A model generated the notes under the pieces. That model had not been told where the DNA came from. It was given only the letters and a program-made list of their open reading frames with translations, and made no database searches. A stretch of 64,000 nt of DNA from Tubulanus polymorphus (Eukaryota; Animalia; Nemertea): assembly GCF_964204645.1 (NCBI RefSeq), contig NC_134033.1, positions 4,302,231 to 4,366,230 on the forward strand. Direction: 5' to 3'. Shown here in pieces: positions 1-13,074 of the stretch (positions are counted from its first letter, which is position 1; the number at the start of each line of letters is the position of its first letter). The position numbers and the translations under genes were made by a program.

Positions 1-3000
1 GTTCGAGTCTTCTACAAACAGGAAAACCTGTCGGCATTCTTTCTAAAATACATCTATCTCTTCTCGCGTAACAATGAGGAGAATCGAATGAACATCTTTG
101 TTCATTCGATTCTGTACAGAGTGAAGTGAAATTCGTCGTGCAGTAGTTCTCTGTAGTGCAGTGAATTTGTGGTTTGATTGTTATATCGGTAGTTACTATT
201 TCATCTTCTTCGAGGTCCCCGCCACAATCTACAACGCCATCCCGAAACAACAGAGAACTGATACATTCGCCATTTACGCACAAAAACCCGTTACATTCGT
301 CCGAAGAGCAGTCGATCTCATCGGATTTATCTTGACAGTCAACCAGTCCATCGCATCGTTCATATTTATCCACACATTGTCCGTCGTTACACTTAAATTG
401 ATCAGAGGAACATAAAATATGATAGCACGAGTTCTCATCCGAGCCATCGACGCAATCTCTCATAAAGTCACAGAAACCGCTAATCGATATAACCTGTCCA
501 TCGTTACAGCGGAACTGACTGTGTAAATTGATATCCGTACAATCGAGTTCATCTTCACCGTGTTGACAGTCGTTTCTGGTATCACATACGCGATGGTCGC
601 TGATACATCTTTGATCGTTACATTCAAACTGCCACGATTTACAACCTCTTACAGAAACCAACTCTTCACCAGTTACATCATAGGAACATAGCACGGAATG
701 CGCTTCATCTTTGACATTATTGAAGGCAGTCACTGACCATTTCACTGTTTGAAAATATGTTATCCAATCTCTAATTACAACTGGTTTTATTGCCATAATT
801 CTTCCGCTTGTATGATTAGTCAGTATAGCGCCATATTGATGCTGATAGTGAAAAAAATTTATCAAATGCTGAATTTCAATACTAGCTGATGTTATTATAC
901 CTATGTTTCCACCGATCACATTCAAAGTCACATTTCTCTAGCTGTTTGGATTGTTAAACTTTCAGTGTGGAGCGTTTGCCAGGCTGTAAGTATCTGATAG
1001 CAATGCGCTTCTATATGAATCCATCCTCTTAGACACGTGGAGTTAAATCGTTCAAAGTTGTTCCGAGTTATTTCAGTTGTATCGTTTTGTGAAGATGTAT
1101 TTAAATCGTTTCTTTCTGTTTCACAAATGAATGTCGTGTGCGTCTCCTCGATTTGACACGGGAATCGAACCCAGTTCGCCGATCCTCGTGGATTATTCAG
1201 CATCATCGCCGTACACGGCATATTGACGTCATTTATCGGTTGTTTTCTTAGCGGAGATATCAATCCTCGAATAACTTCTGGTATCGTTTCATTAACGGCA
1301 GCAGGTTCAAACCATTCTGCGTAACTGAACGGTTTTCCATCAGACCACGAGTAATAACCTTTGGACTCCTTTAATTAAAAAACAAACAAACACTTGTTAT
1401 ACAATATTGCAGAAAACTCTTTTTGGATTTTTTTCTGGTCTTCTAATCATTTCTTGAATAGCTTCATATCTTGACACATGACAAGAACATAAATCATTAT
1501 ATCAAAGCTCAATTGGATGATTAATATTTGATATGCATTTTACCTGCCATTTCAATCCTATCATCACAATAAGCGCCGCCTGTGAATATGCCTCAAGAAG
1601 CAGTTTTGTAGCGAACAGCTTTTTCACGGCCATCATTTCACGTTGAGAATTGATACTGAGAAGATGTCCTCCATATTTCTGTTGACAGTAAATTTCAGCG
1701 TTCTCCCAATTCAGAAGTTCGTGTTTAATGTATCTAATACACGAAACGCCTGAATCTAGAAAATCTGATCGGCAGCCATTGATTCGGTGTTTCAGTAAAG
1801 GCGATTGTTCTAAAGTGTATTGAATTCGAAATATTGGCATGAACTGTGACAACTCAAAATATAAGTCATACCCGAGTAGACTGTACAACACAAGTCCTGC
1901 TACTGCGTTATTTTCACATATTGTTGTTGTATGACGGGTTTCTATAAACGTGGAAAATAAATTGTTCGGATCGTCAAATATTTTGAAAATTTGTCTTAGT
2001 AATATTGATCCCCTTGTGCGGGGACTAACAGATTCGGAGCATGATGTTTGTCCGATAAATTTAAACAAGAATCTGATGTAATGATTTATATTTTTGTCAA
2101 TAGGGAAAGAGAAACCGAAGAATATTGTTGAGGAGGTTGATAATCCAGGGAAGTTCGGTGACTGCACGAGTCCACAATCTACAGCATCCCTTCCACCTCT
2201 GATCCCTGAACCCGGAAGACTTTGTTTTAATTTCTGACATTTACGTCGTAATATAATCATTAGTGGTGACCTCCAGAATTCATATTTAGTGCTTAATAAT
2301 ATCACATGGTTTAATACGAGACTGGTATTAAACACGTGACTATTGAGACTTATCGCTGAACAGGGAGTCGTAGCTCCACGATAGCAACTGTCAATTTGAT
2401 ATTCGTATTCAGATAATACATCAATGCTTTCTATCGGAAGGCGTCGATTTTCAGGTGTGATCATTAGACAGTATGACGTCATAGTGATTTGACGTTCTCC
2501 TTCCTGTACAAGATACCCGTCACAATCAGTAGGAACTAATTTTAGTCTACCAGTTATTAGTAGATCATGCCAGTTGTAAGCGTATGCTACTACAGTAACC
2601 GGTCCACCTGATGTAATCAGGCTGACGACAGATCGACCGTAGTATGAACCAGGACAATACGGACCATAGCGTCTAGCTGTGAAATTACTACCATCAAATA
2701 TATAAAAACCATCTCGATCACAATTCTCTGATGAATCTGTTAGTTTTATGTCTTTCTCATAGATGTCGATTTTCGAACTGAGTGCAAATCTACTGATACG
2801 ATATTGTAACTTCCGTTTCGAATAAAGGGGAAACAGACTGGTAAGTTGCACTGAATGAGTATTTGCAACCTACAATAGATGCAAACATAGAGTAAATCAT
2901 CGGTATTCAATTAATATTCATGCCCTATTTTCGTTTGTCAATTAACCGAGAAATATTGCGATTCTGCCGTTAACGGGTCAATGACTCGTGTTCGATCAAT

Positions 3001-4336
3001 TAAAAAAATTGCGATTTTTGTGAATTTTACACATTATTTCATCGTTATCAAACAAATTCAAATTAATACATTAAATCTAAAATATATTTTCATGCTGTTT
3101 TAACTCACTTTTTTATCTTCCACTTTGACGTCTGTTTCCTTCAATGATTGTATTTTGTATTCGATCGATGTTGAATTCCTCAACGATTTTCCGAAGAGAT
3201 TCTCTGATAACAGTAAACACAATATGACGAGAAATCCGTCAGATTTTACGCCGAACGATTCCAAGTAGTTTTCGCCGAGTAAAATATCAGTTCCGACAAC
3301 CGTTAAACCGTCCAGTTTATAACACCGATGACGTCACCGGAAGTGACGAGATCACGTGACCAGTTGAAGACGACGTACTGCAGTATTTCAGCTGTGATAG
3401 ACCAGCAGTATAAGCGTTTAGACTGAGTTATTACGTGCGGCCTATCACCAGGAATGAGCAATCCGGATTTGTTTTTCCAGATCGGAATCGATGGATTCGA
3501 AATATTCCAATCTGATATCCTATACATATTTACAAATAGATTAGTTTTGAGAGATAATCCGGCTTGTTTCATTGAAAAAGTGATGATAGCTCTGTTAGTT
3601 TTCGTGTAAATAGAGATGCCTTGGGCGGATGTCCGGTTTGTTCCCGTATATTCATTATAGGTTCACTTGTGTTCCATCCGTCATAAATTTGAACGGTCAA
3701 ATATAAACCTTGTTCTAATCTTAAGTCTATTTTCTCAAAAGTCAAATTCATTCCGAAACCCTCTGGTAACCCGGACCACTCCAACTGGAAAAGGTGACAA
3801 AATACATTCATGAAAATGGCATATTTGTAACCATTTTCAAAAGTTTGTAATTGTTTTATCCTATTTGAGTAACAATCGTGAACAGTTTTCAGATGTTTTT
3901 CCTCCAAACGATAAAATACATAAACTCGACTTCCTTTCACAACGTCATTTACATCACTCTTAAACATCAACGATAATGAATTACTGCGGTAAATATCTAA
4001 TTGTTTTCCAGCACCGCACAGTAAGTTATCAGAATCGCTGATGCGAAGATAGTTTTCCCTACAGAATATCGACGGCTCGATGTCGTAGTAAACTTGTACG
4101 CGAAAGGTACCCGGTAAAGAGCTGTTGACGAACCAACGACATTCAACCCCGCGCGTAAACGACGGATAACTCGGTGAAACGATGTAACCGGACGTAGAAT
4201 CGAGTGAAAACCACGTATTGTTACACCGTGAACTGACAGTTACAGACGGTTGATCGGTAGAGATCCGATCAGTCGTCTGAACCGACGACAGTTTCATTAG
4301 TAGAATGAGTAATAACGTTAAGAGACTGCGCGTCAT
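1..4336 (-). pseudogene. GRL101-like CUB/CTL/LDLa/LRR GPCR, copy A (pseudogene; 3' part runs off window start)
   Basis: Exons 4336-3109, 2869-1544 and 1368-<1 have the same GT/AG sites as the intact copies. Lesions relative to B/C/D: 5-bp insertion (gcctt, ~3618), 1-bp deletion (~3321), and a +5 replacement creating TGA at ~928. Confidence 0.9.
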
Positions 4337-5477
4337 GTTGACTTTCTCCTCGATCAGTTTAACTCTAACCACAGCGAATAGATTTTAATCCAATTAATGT
4401 TGGGCGCTTCCGAGTGAGTGAGAGAGAGAGCGGTAGAGAGGATGAGTCAGACTACACGGCGCTCATTAAAAATTAAATTCGATAATCTACGAAACCGAGT
4501 GATGATTAACGAGATTAAAAATCTTATTCGATATTCAGTGCCTCGTCATTTCTATATTTATATATCTACATACAATTTTAAAATGTCCTTCGTCCAGTGG
4601 TAAACCGACAACGCTACTGCGGCAAGCGAGGATTCAGAGATAATCCTCCAGGTGTCGCTAGTGGCAATGGGTTACCGCACTGCAAATTTATTTTTCACAA
4701 GAGACCCGCGCATGCGCTGTATTAAAAACCACGACTATCAGACGATCCTAATTTTGATTGTTGATAGAAACTGGCGGCTTTTTTGATAGTAGTTATTCTA
4801 TCTATAGAGAGTCCGGAACGTAAGGGCATGAGGTTTATAACACAGGGTCGAAAGGGTCAGAGTTAGGTTTGGGTTCGAGAAGGCTTAGGTTTAGGATTAG
4901 GGTTTTAACGGGAAAAACAATAGGAACAAATGTAATAAATGTAGATATAGTTAAAAGTTGCTTAGCCGGCACTCGAGCTTCTGTGTTCAAATCCCATTCT
5001 GATCTGTCAACTTCGAATTTTCCAAGACGACTAAACACACTGAAAAACTGATAAAGATAATTATCTAAGAACTATTTTATTATGTTAATGTGATGATACC
5101 TTATCTGCTGAAAAGTGAACTGCAATAAACCATTAAGCGGTTTCTAGCCGACATTTTGTTAGGGTACTTTTGTCCCGTATTGTTGGTCATTTTATTCTCT
5201 TTTTTAAAATCCATTTGTGACGCGTGTTTTATCACGTTTTTTTGGTCCATTGATGGAATTTGACAGTTTTAACAACATTTAAACCGTATGAATCTATAGT
5301 TTTCAGTGATGCAAAAGTCAGCTCCCGAATTTGAAACAATGCGACACGAAAATGAAATGAAAAACGGTGGTCAGTTTTTGACACCGACATAAAAATCTTT
5401 TTTTTGAAAAGTGAAGGGGTTATCACTAAAACAGCATTGTAGAGGAAATAAGTTATAATCATTCATCAATACTATCA

Positions 5478-8400
5478 TCATTTTATTGGTTGTCGTTTTC
5501 TGCGTTTATTTCGAGCTCGTATGGATTTCATATCGATAGTTAGAATAGTGTAAAGAAGTGGGTTCAGAGTTGAGTTTATCGGCAAGAAAAGAACGGCCAG
5601 CCAAGCGGCAACCTGGTTCGGTATCTCGACCGAAAATACGGCGCAAGACTGAACGATTATCAACGGTAACCAGCAAAATAAATTACAAAGATTGATGACT
5701 AAACTGCGTCGAGCTAGAACGAGTTCTGTAGGATCAGCTCTACCCGAACCGGACCTGCTTCCGGATACATACTTGTACATCTGCGCGTACGACATCATTA
5801 TCAGAGTGAGAATGATCGCGTTTAATACAGCAAATATAGCGAACGAATATTGCCAACCATTGACATCTATAGATATTAGATTCATAGGTAAACAGATACC
5901 CGTACTACCGTAAAAATTATCACCGAAATAAGACGACCGAGACAGCGGCAGAAAGGCGATTAAACTCAGAAATATCCAGCATAAACAAGACAGAATCATA
6001 ATGATATTTGAGGATAAAACCGGGTTACCGGAAAATGGGTCGATTATATTCGAATATCTGAAACGCGTGAGGAGAAGGAGAAATGTTAAAGAGCCTTCGC
6101 AAGATATCGTCACCACAATTCCGGCGACACCGCATAATGAACTACGAGTCCAAGTTTCAGAATTCAGAAAATAAACACCTTTATAAACGTGATCAGTTGC
6201 AGCGATCAGAAACAGATAAACAGACATCAGGAAATCACAAAGCGCGGTATTAATGATGAGGATATCCGACGATTTATTTTGCGTTTCTGACGAAACTCGA
6301 ATCGACCTTAATCGAAATAAGATAACGGTAATATTGGAAGTGCAAGTAAAACAAGCGATGATCCAGATAACAGCTGTGAGGACAGTGTTCTCAATGAGGT
6401 CTGAACACGATGAGAATTGATCAGGATCCGGGAGACACCGTTCAATATTCGGCGCCATACAACAGAATTTATACGCGTCCGAAGCGAGAAAATATAAAGA
6501 CGTCAGATTATCGAAGATATTATTTTCCGTAGAAATGATCCGAGAATTGTTGGTGAAATCTAGAACTCCCAGTGAACTCAACCCAGTAAACGCGTATCTG
6601 GATATTGATTCGATTACGTTACTGCTGATATTCAAATATTTCAGCGCTGGTAAACCTCGGAATACGTTACGAGTAAGAAAAGAAATTGAGAGTTCACGGA
6701 GATCCATAGCCGGAAGTGACGTCAAACCATTGAAGCTTCCATCGTTCAAATATCTCAGCGGATTTCCGGCGAGTAAAAGTTGTTTCAAACTGTTTAAACC
6801 AGTGAATGTATTAGCATGTAGTGATACTAGGCGATTATACGACAGATCTAATGTATTTAGATTGCGTAGATTAGAAAACGCGTTGGAGACAATGTCAGAT
6901 AAATCATTACGGGAAATATTGAGTAAGAAAAGATACAGAAAAGAGGAAAATGTCGATTCATTGAATCTAACTCGGTTATTCGATAAAATCAAAACTCGAG
7001 TCGACGCGGCAAAAATTCCAGAAATGTCCGATAAAAAAGTATTTTCACAATCGATGAAACGACCTTGACATTTACAATAGTTAGGACACGTGACGTCGCA
7101 GTAAGCCTCGTCATCCGAGTTACGTTTGCAATTAACGACACCATCGCAAACTTCCGACTGAGGAATACATCGATGTTCGTCAGCGCATTTAAACATTCCC
7201 GGACACGAAAACGTTTCGCAATTGAATTCATCTTCTGAATTAGGACAATCTGATCGACCATCGCACACGTGTCTAATCGGTATACAGTAAGACGATGGAC
7301 ATTTCACTGTACCAGCTGGACATTTAAACTCATTACAATTCAGTAAATGTTCGAGTCTTCTACAAACAGGAAAATCTGTCGGCATTGTTTCTAAAACACA
7401 TCTTTCTCTTCTCGCGTAACAATGAGGAGAATCGAATGAACATCTTTGTTTATCCGATTCGTTACAGAGTGAAGTGAAATTGGTCGTGCAGTAGTTCTCT
7501 GTAGTGCAGTGAATTCGTGGTTTGATTGTTATATCGGTCGTTACTATTTCATCTTCTTCGAGGTCCCCGCCACAATCTACAACACCATCCCGATACAACA
7601 GAGAACTGATACATTCATCATTTACGCACAAAAACCCATTACATTCGTCCGAAGAGCAGCCGATCTCATCGGATTTATCTTGACAATCAACCAGTCCATC
7701 ACATCGTTTATATTTAACGACACATTGTCCGTCGTTACACTTAAATTGATCAGAGGAACATGAAATATGATAGCACGAGTTCTCATCCGAGCTATCGACG
7801 CAATCTCTCATAAAGTTACAGAAACCGCTAATCGATATAACCTGTCCATCGTTACAGCGGAACTGACTGTGTAAATTGATATCTGTACAATCGAGTTCAT
7901 CTTCACCGTGTTGACAGTCGTTTCTGGTATCGCATACGCGATGGTCGCTGATACATCTTTGATCGTTACATTCAAACTGCCACGATTTACAACCGCTTAT
8001 AGAAGCCAACTCTTCATCAGTTACATCATAGGAACATAGCACGGCATGAGCTTCATCTGTGACATTGTCGAAGGCAGTCACTGACCATTTCACTGTTTGA
8101 AAATATGTTATCCAATCTCTAATTACAACTGGTTTTATTCCCACAATTCTTCCGCTTGTATGATTAGTCAGTATAGCGCCATATTGATGCTGATAGTGGA
8201 AAACATTTATCAAATACTGTATTTCAATACTAGATTTTATTATACCTATGTCTCCGCCGATTGTAAGACACATTTCTCTAGCTGTTTGGATTGTTAAACT
8301 TTCAGTATGGAGCGTTTGCCAGGCTGTAAGTATCTGATAGCAATGCGCTTCTATATGAATCCATCCTCTTAGACACGTGGAGTTAAATCGTTCAATGTTT

Positions 8401-11400
8401 TCCCGCTTTATTCCAATTGTATCGTTTTGTGAAGATGCATTAAAATCGTTTCTTTCTGTTTCACAAATGAATGTCGTGTGCGTCTCCTCGATTTGACACG
8501 GGAATCGAACCCAGTTCGCTGATCCTCGTGGATTATTCAGTATCATCGCCGTACACGGCATATTGACGTCATTTATCGGTTGTTTTCTTAGCGGAGATAT
8601 CAATCCCCGAATAACTTCTGGTATCGTTTCATTAACAGCAGCAGGTTTAAACCATTCTGCGTAACTGAACGGTTTACCGTCAGACCACGAGTAATAACCA
8701 CTGGACTCCTTTAAAAACAAACAAACAAATATTTGTTATACGTTCATTGCAGAAAACCCTTTTTGGATTATTTTCTGTGTTCTAATCATTTCGGGAATAA
8801 TTTAATATCTTGACACATGACAAGAATATAAATCGTAATCATCGAAGTTCTATTAGATGATTAATATTTGATATGAATATTACCTGCCATTTCAATCCAA
8901 TCATCACAATAAGCGCCGCCTGTGAATATGCCTCATGAAGCAGTTTTGTAGCGAACAGCATTTTAACGGCCATCATTTCACGTTGAGAGTTGATACTGAG
9001 GAGATGTCCTCCATATTTCTGTTGACAGTAAATTTCAGCGTTCTCCCAATTCAGAAGTTCGTGTTTGATGTATCTAATACACGAAACGCCTGAATCTAGA
9101 AAATCTGATCGGCAGCCATTGATTCGGTGTTTCAGTAAAGGCGATTGTTTGGAAAATAAATTGTTCCGATCATCAAATATTTTGATAATTTGTGTTAGTA
9201 ATATTGATCCCCTTGTGCGGGTACCAACAGATTCGGAGCATGATGTTTGTCCGATAAATTTAAACAGGAATCTGATGTAATGATTTATATTTTTGTCAGT
9301 AGGAAAAGAGAAACTAAAGAATATAGTTTTCGGGGTTGATAATCCAGGGAAGTTCGGTGACTGCACGAGTCCACAATGATCAGCGTTCCTTGAAATTCCA
9401 CCCATAAACCGTGGAGCCGGTTGACTTGGTTTTAATTTCTGACATTTACGTCGTAATACAATCATTAGTGGTGAACTCCAGAATTTATATTTAGTGCTTA
9501 ACAATTTCACATGGTTTAATACGAGACTGGTGTTTAACACTTGACTATCGAGACTTATCACTGAACAGGGATTCATAGCTGTACGATGACATCTGTCAAT
9601 TTGATATTCGTGTTCTGATAATACATCAATATTTCCAATCGGTAGGCGTCGATTTCCAGGTGTAATCACGAGACAATATGACGTCATTGTGATTTGTCGT
9701 TCTCCTTCCTGTAGAACATACCCGTCACAATCAGTTGGAACTAATTTTAGTCTACCAGATCCCAGTAGATCAAGCCAGTTGTAAGCGTATGCTACTACAG
9801 TAACCGGTCCACCTGATGTAATCAGGCTGACGACAGATCGACCGTAGTATGAACCAGGACAATACGGACCATAGCGTCTAGCTGAGAAATTACTACCATC
9901 AAATATATAAAAACCAGCTCGATCACAATTCTCCGATAAAATGTTCAGTTTTAATCTGCGTGATAAATGCTCATAGATGTCGATTTTCGAGCTGAGTGCA
10001 AATCTACTGATACGATATTGTAACTTCTGTTTCGGATAACGGGGGAACAGACTGTCATGGTACAGTGAATGAGTATTTCTAACCTACAATAGATGCAAAC
10101 ATAGAGTAAATCATCGGTATTCAATAAATGTTCATTCCGTATTTTCCTTTGCCCTTTAACCGACAAATATTGCAACTCTGCCGTTAAAGGGTCATTGACT
10201 TATGTACGATCAGGTTTGATTTCAAAAAATTACGATTCATGTGAATTCTACACATTATTTCATCGTTGATAAAACAATTTCAAATCAATACAATGAATTG
10301 AAGATATATTTTAATGCTGTTTTAACTCACTTTTTTATCTTCCACTTTGACGTCTGTTTCCTTCAATGATTCTATTTTGTATTCGATCGATGTTGAATTC
10401 CTCAACGATTTTTCGGAAAGATTCTCTGATAACAGTAAACACAATATCACGAGAAATCCGTCAGATTTTACGCCTAACGATTCCAGGTAGTTTTCGCCGA
10501 GTAAAATATTAGTTCCGACAACCGTTAAACCTTCCAGTTTATAAACACCGATGACGTCACCGGAAGTGACGAGATCACGTGACCAGTTGAAGACGACGTA
10601 CTGCAGTATTTCAGCTGTGATAGACCAGCAGTATAAGCGTTTAGACCGAGTTATTACGTGCGGCCTATCACCAGGAATGAGCACTCCGGATTTGTTTTTG
10701 CAGATCGGAATCGATGGATTAGAAATATTCCAATCTGATATCCTATACATATTTACGGATAGTCTAGTTTTGAGAGTCAATCGGGCTGAAAAAGTGACGA
10801 TAGCTCTGTTAGTTTTAGTGTAAATAGAGATGGGCGGATGTCCGGTTTGTTCCCGTATATTCATTATAGGTTCACTTGTGTTCCATCCGTCATAAATTTG
10901 AACGGTCAAATTCAAACCTGGTTGTTTTATTCTGAAATCTGTTTCCTCAAAAGTCAAATTCATACCTAAACCCTCTGATATCCCGGACCACTCGAGCTGC
11001 CGGAAATTACATATTCCATACATGTCGATAGCAAATTTATTACCAGTTTCAAAAGTTTGCAATTGTTTTATTCGGTAGGACGAACAGTGGTGAACAGACT
11101 TCAGATGCTTTTCCTCCAAACGATAAAATACATAAACTCGACTTCCTTTCACAACATCATTTACATCACTCTTAAACATCAACGATAATGAATTACTGCG
11201 GTAAATATCTAACTGTTTTCCATCACCGCACAGCAAGTTATCAGAATCGCTGATGCGAAGATAGTTATCTCTACAGAATATAGACGGCTCGATGTCGTAG
11301 TAAACTTGGACGCGAAAGGTGCCCGGTAAAGAACTGTTGACGAACCAACGACATTCAACACCGCGCGTAAACGACGGATAATTCGGTGAAACGATGTAAC

Positions 11401-11548
11401 CGGACGTAGAATCGAGTGAAAACCACGTATTGTTACACCGTGAACTGACAGTTACAGACGGTTGATCGGTAGAGATCCGATCAGTCGTCTGAACCGACGA
11501 CAGTTTCATTAGTAGAATGAGTAATAACGTTAAGAGACTGCGCGTCAT
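5478..11548 (-). CDS. GRL101-like LDLa/LRR GPCR with N-terminal CUB-like and C-type lectin domains, copy B (intact, ~1882 aa, 3 exons)
   Basis: Exons 11548-10331, 10083-8884 and 8708-5478, all phase 0 with GT/AG, join into one open frame. Motifs: signal peptide MTRSLLTLLLILLMKLSS; CUB (GYIVSPNYPS..CRW); CTL split by intron 2 (MIGLKWQ|ESSGYYSWSDG..FICE); second CTL (CLRGW..CYQI); ~7 LDLa (CDxxxDCxxxSDE); LRRNT CPNYCKC; LRRs; hinge FCC..DQFSSCSDL; 7TM with CWLP and NPLLY. Confidence 0.92.
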
Positions 11549-11919
11549 GTTGACATTCTCCTCGATCAGTTTAACTCTAACCACAGCGAATAGATTTTAA
11601 TCCAATTAATATTGGGCGTTTCCGAGTGAATGAGCGAGAGAGAGAGAGCGGTAGAGAGGATGAGTCAGACTACACGGCGCTCATTAAAAATAAATTCGAT
11701 AACCTACGAAACCGAGTAATGATTAACGAGATTAAAAACCGTATTCGATATTCAGTGCCTAGTCATTTCCTTATTTATATATTTATACATACAATTTTAA
11801 AATGTTCTTCGTCCAGTGGTAAACCGACAACGCTACTGCGGCAAGCCAGGATTCAGTAATAATCCTCCAGGTGTCGCTAGTTGTACTGGGTTACCGCACT
11901 GCAAATTTATTTTTCATAA

Positions 11920-12000
11920 GAGACCCGCGCATGCGCAGTATTAAACACCACGACTATCAGACGATCCCAATTTTGATTGTTGATAGAAACTGGCGGCTTT
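11920..12000. promoter_or_regulatory. Conserved upstream block with NRF1-type palindrome GCGCATGCGC and YY1-like (A/C)TGGCGGC
   Basis: cgcgcatgcgc lies ~370-380 bp upstream of the ATG in copies A-D (~4707, ~11926, ~42639, ~50438). The conservation may simply reflect recent duplication. Confidence 0.3.
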
Positions 12001-12364
12001 TTTGAAAGTAGTAATTCTATCTATAGAGAGTCAGAGTCCGGAGCGTAAGGGCATGAGGTTTATACTAAGGTCCAAAGGGTCAGAGTGAGGTCAGGGTTCG
12101 AGTAGGCTTAGTTTTAGGATTAGTATTTTAACGGGAAAAATGATAGGTACATCTAATTAATGTAAGTATAATCAAAAGTTGCTTAGCCGGCACTCGAGCT
12201 TCTGTGTTAAAATCCCATTTTTAAAATATCAACTTCGAATTTTCTAAGACGACTAAACATACTGAAAAACTGATGATTATCTAAGAACTATTTTATTATG
12301 TTAATGTGATGATATCTTAACTGCTGAAAAGTGAACTATCTACAATAAACTATTTTGCAGTTGC

Positions 12365-13034
12365 TAGCCGCCATTTTGTTAGGATACTTTGTCCTGTATT
12401 GTTGGGTCAATTTATTCTCTTCTTTAGAATCCATTTGCGATGCATGTTTTATCATGTTTTATTGGTCCATTGATGGAATTTGACAGTTTTAACAACATTT
12501 AAACCGTTTGAATCTCTAGTTTTCAGTTATGCAAAACTCGTATCTCAAATTTGCAACAATGCGACATGAAAGCGATATGAAAATCGGTGGTCAGTTTTTG
12601 ACGCGCTCATAAAAATCCAGGGTGTTGAACTTCGATGTTCGTTATTTTCAGAAATAATTTTCTAAAAATTTCATATCAGGAACTGTGCGCATAAACGCCC
12701 CATTTCAAATGAGAATAACACCCATATACTGGAATACAGGCATAGAAAACAGCGCCGAAACTAAGAATGATAAGATGCGCTGCAGTTAAATGGCTATAGG
12801 ATGAAAACTAGCGAAGATATCTTGAGATTGTAAATTTCGTTTGTAAGGGGGCATTTATGCACACAGTTCCTGAAATGTTTGAATTTTTTAGGAAATCATT
12901 TCTGGAAAATAATACAGTTAAGTACCCTGGATTTTTATGCGCGCTTTAAAAAACTGACCGCCAATTTTCAAATTCCATCAATGGACCAAAGAAACGTGAT
13001 ACAGGACAAAAGTGCTCTAACAAAATGGCGGCTA
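12365..13034. mobile_element. Foldback/MITE-like element with long imperfect terminal inverted repeats
   Basis: Left arm (tagccgccattttgttag...tggtccattgatggaatttga...ggtcagttttt...cataaaaatccagggt...caggaactgtgcgcataaa) is mirrored by the right arm (tttatgcacacagttcctg...accctggatttttatg...aaaaactgacc...aaattccatcaatggacca...ctaacaaaatggcggcta). Single-arm remnants at ~5143-5398, ~43381-43625 and ~51181-51325. Confidence 0.75.
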
Positions 13035-13074
13035 TAGTAACTGTACGTTTTTTGAACCTTGTTATCACGAGTTC

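Noticed and set aside
4855-4905. Degenerate TTAGG(G)-like runs (also ~12080, ~42770, ~50570) as interstitial telomere
   Set aside because: Only 5-6 imperfect units inside the duplicated upstream flank; insufficient evidence.
6535-7068. Recurrent 177-aa opposite-strand ORFs (also 37098-37631, 45006-45539) and similar antisense ORFs such as 54082-54504 and 5692-5913
   Set aside because: Antisense shadows of the LRR/7TM coding sequence. They recur only because the gene is duplicated and have no recognisable motifs.
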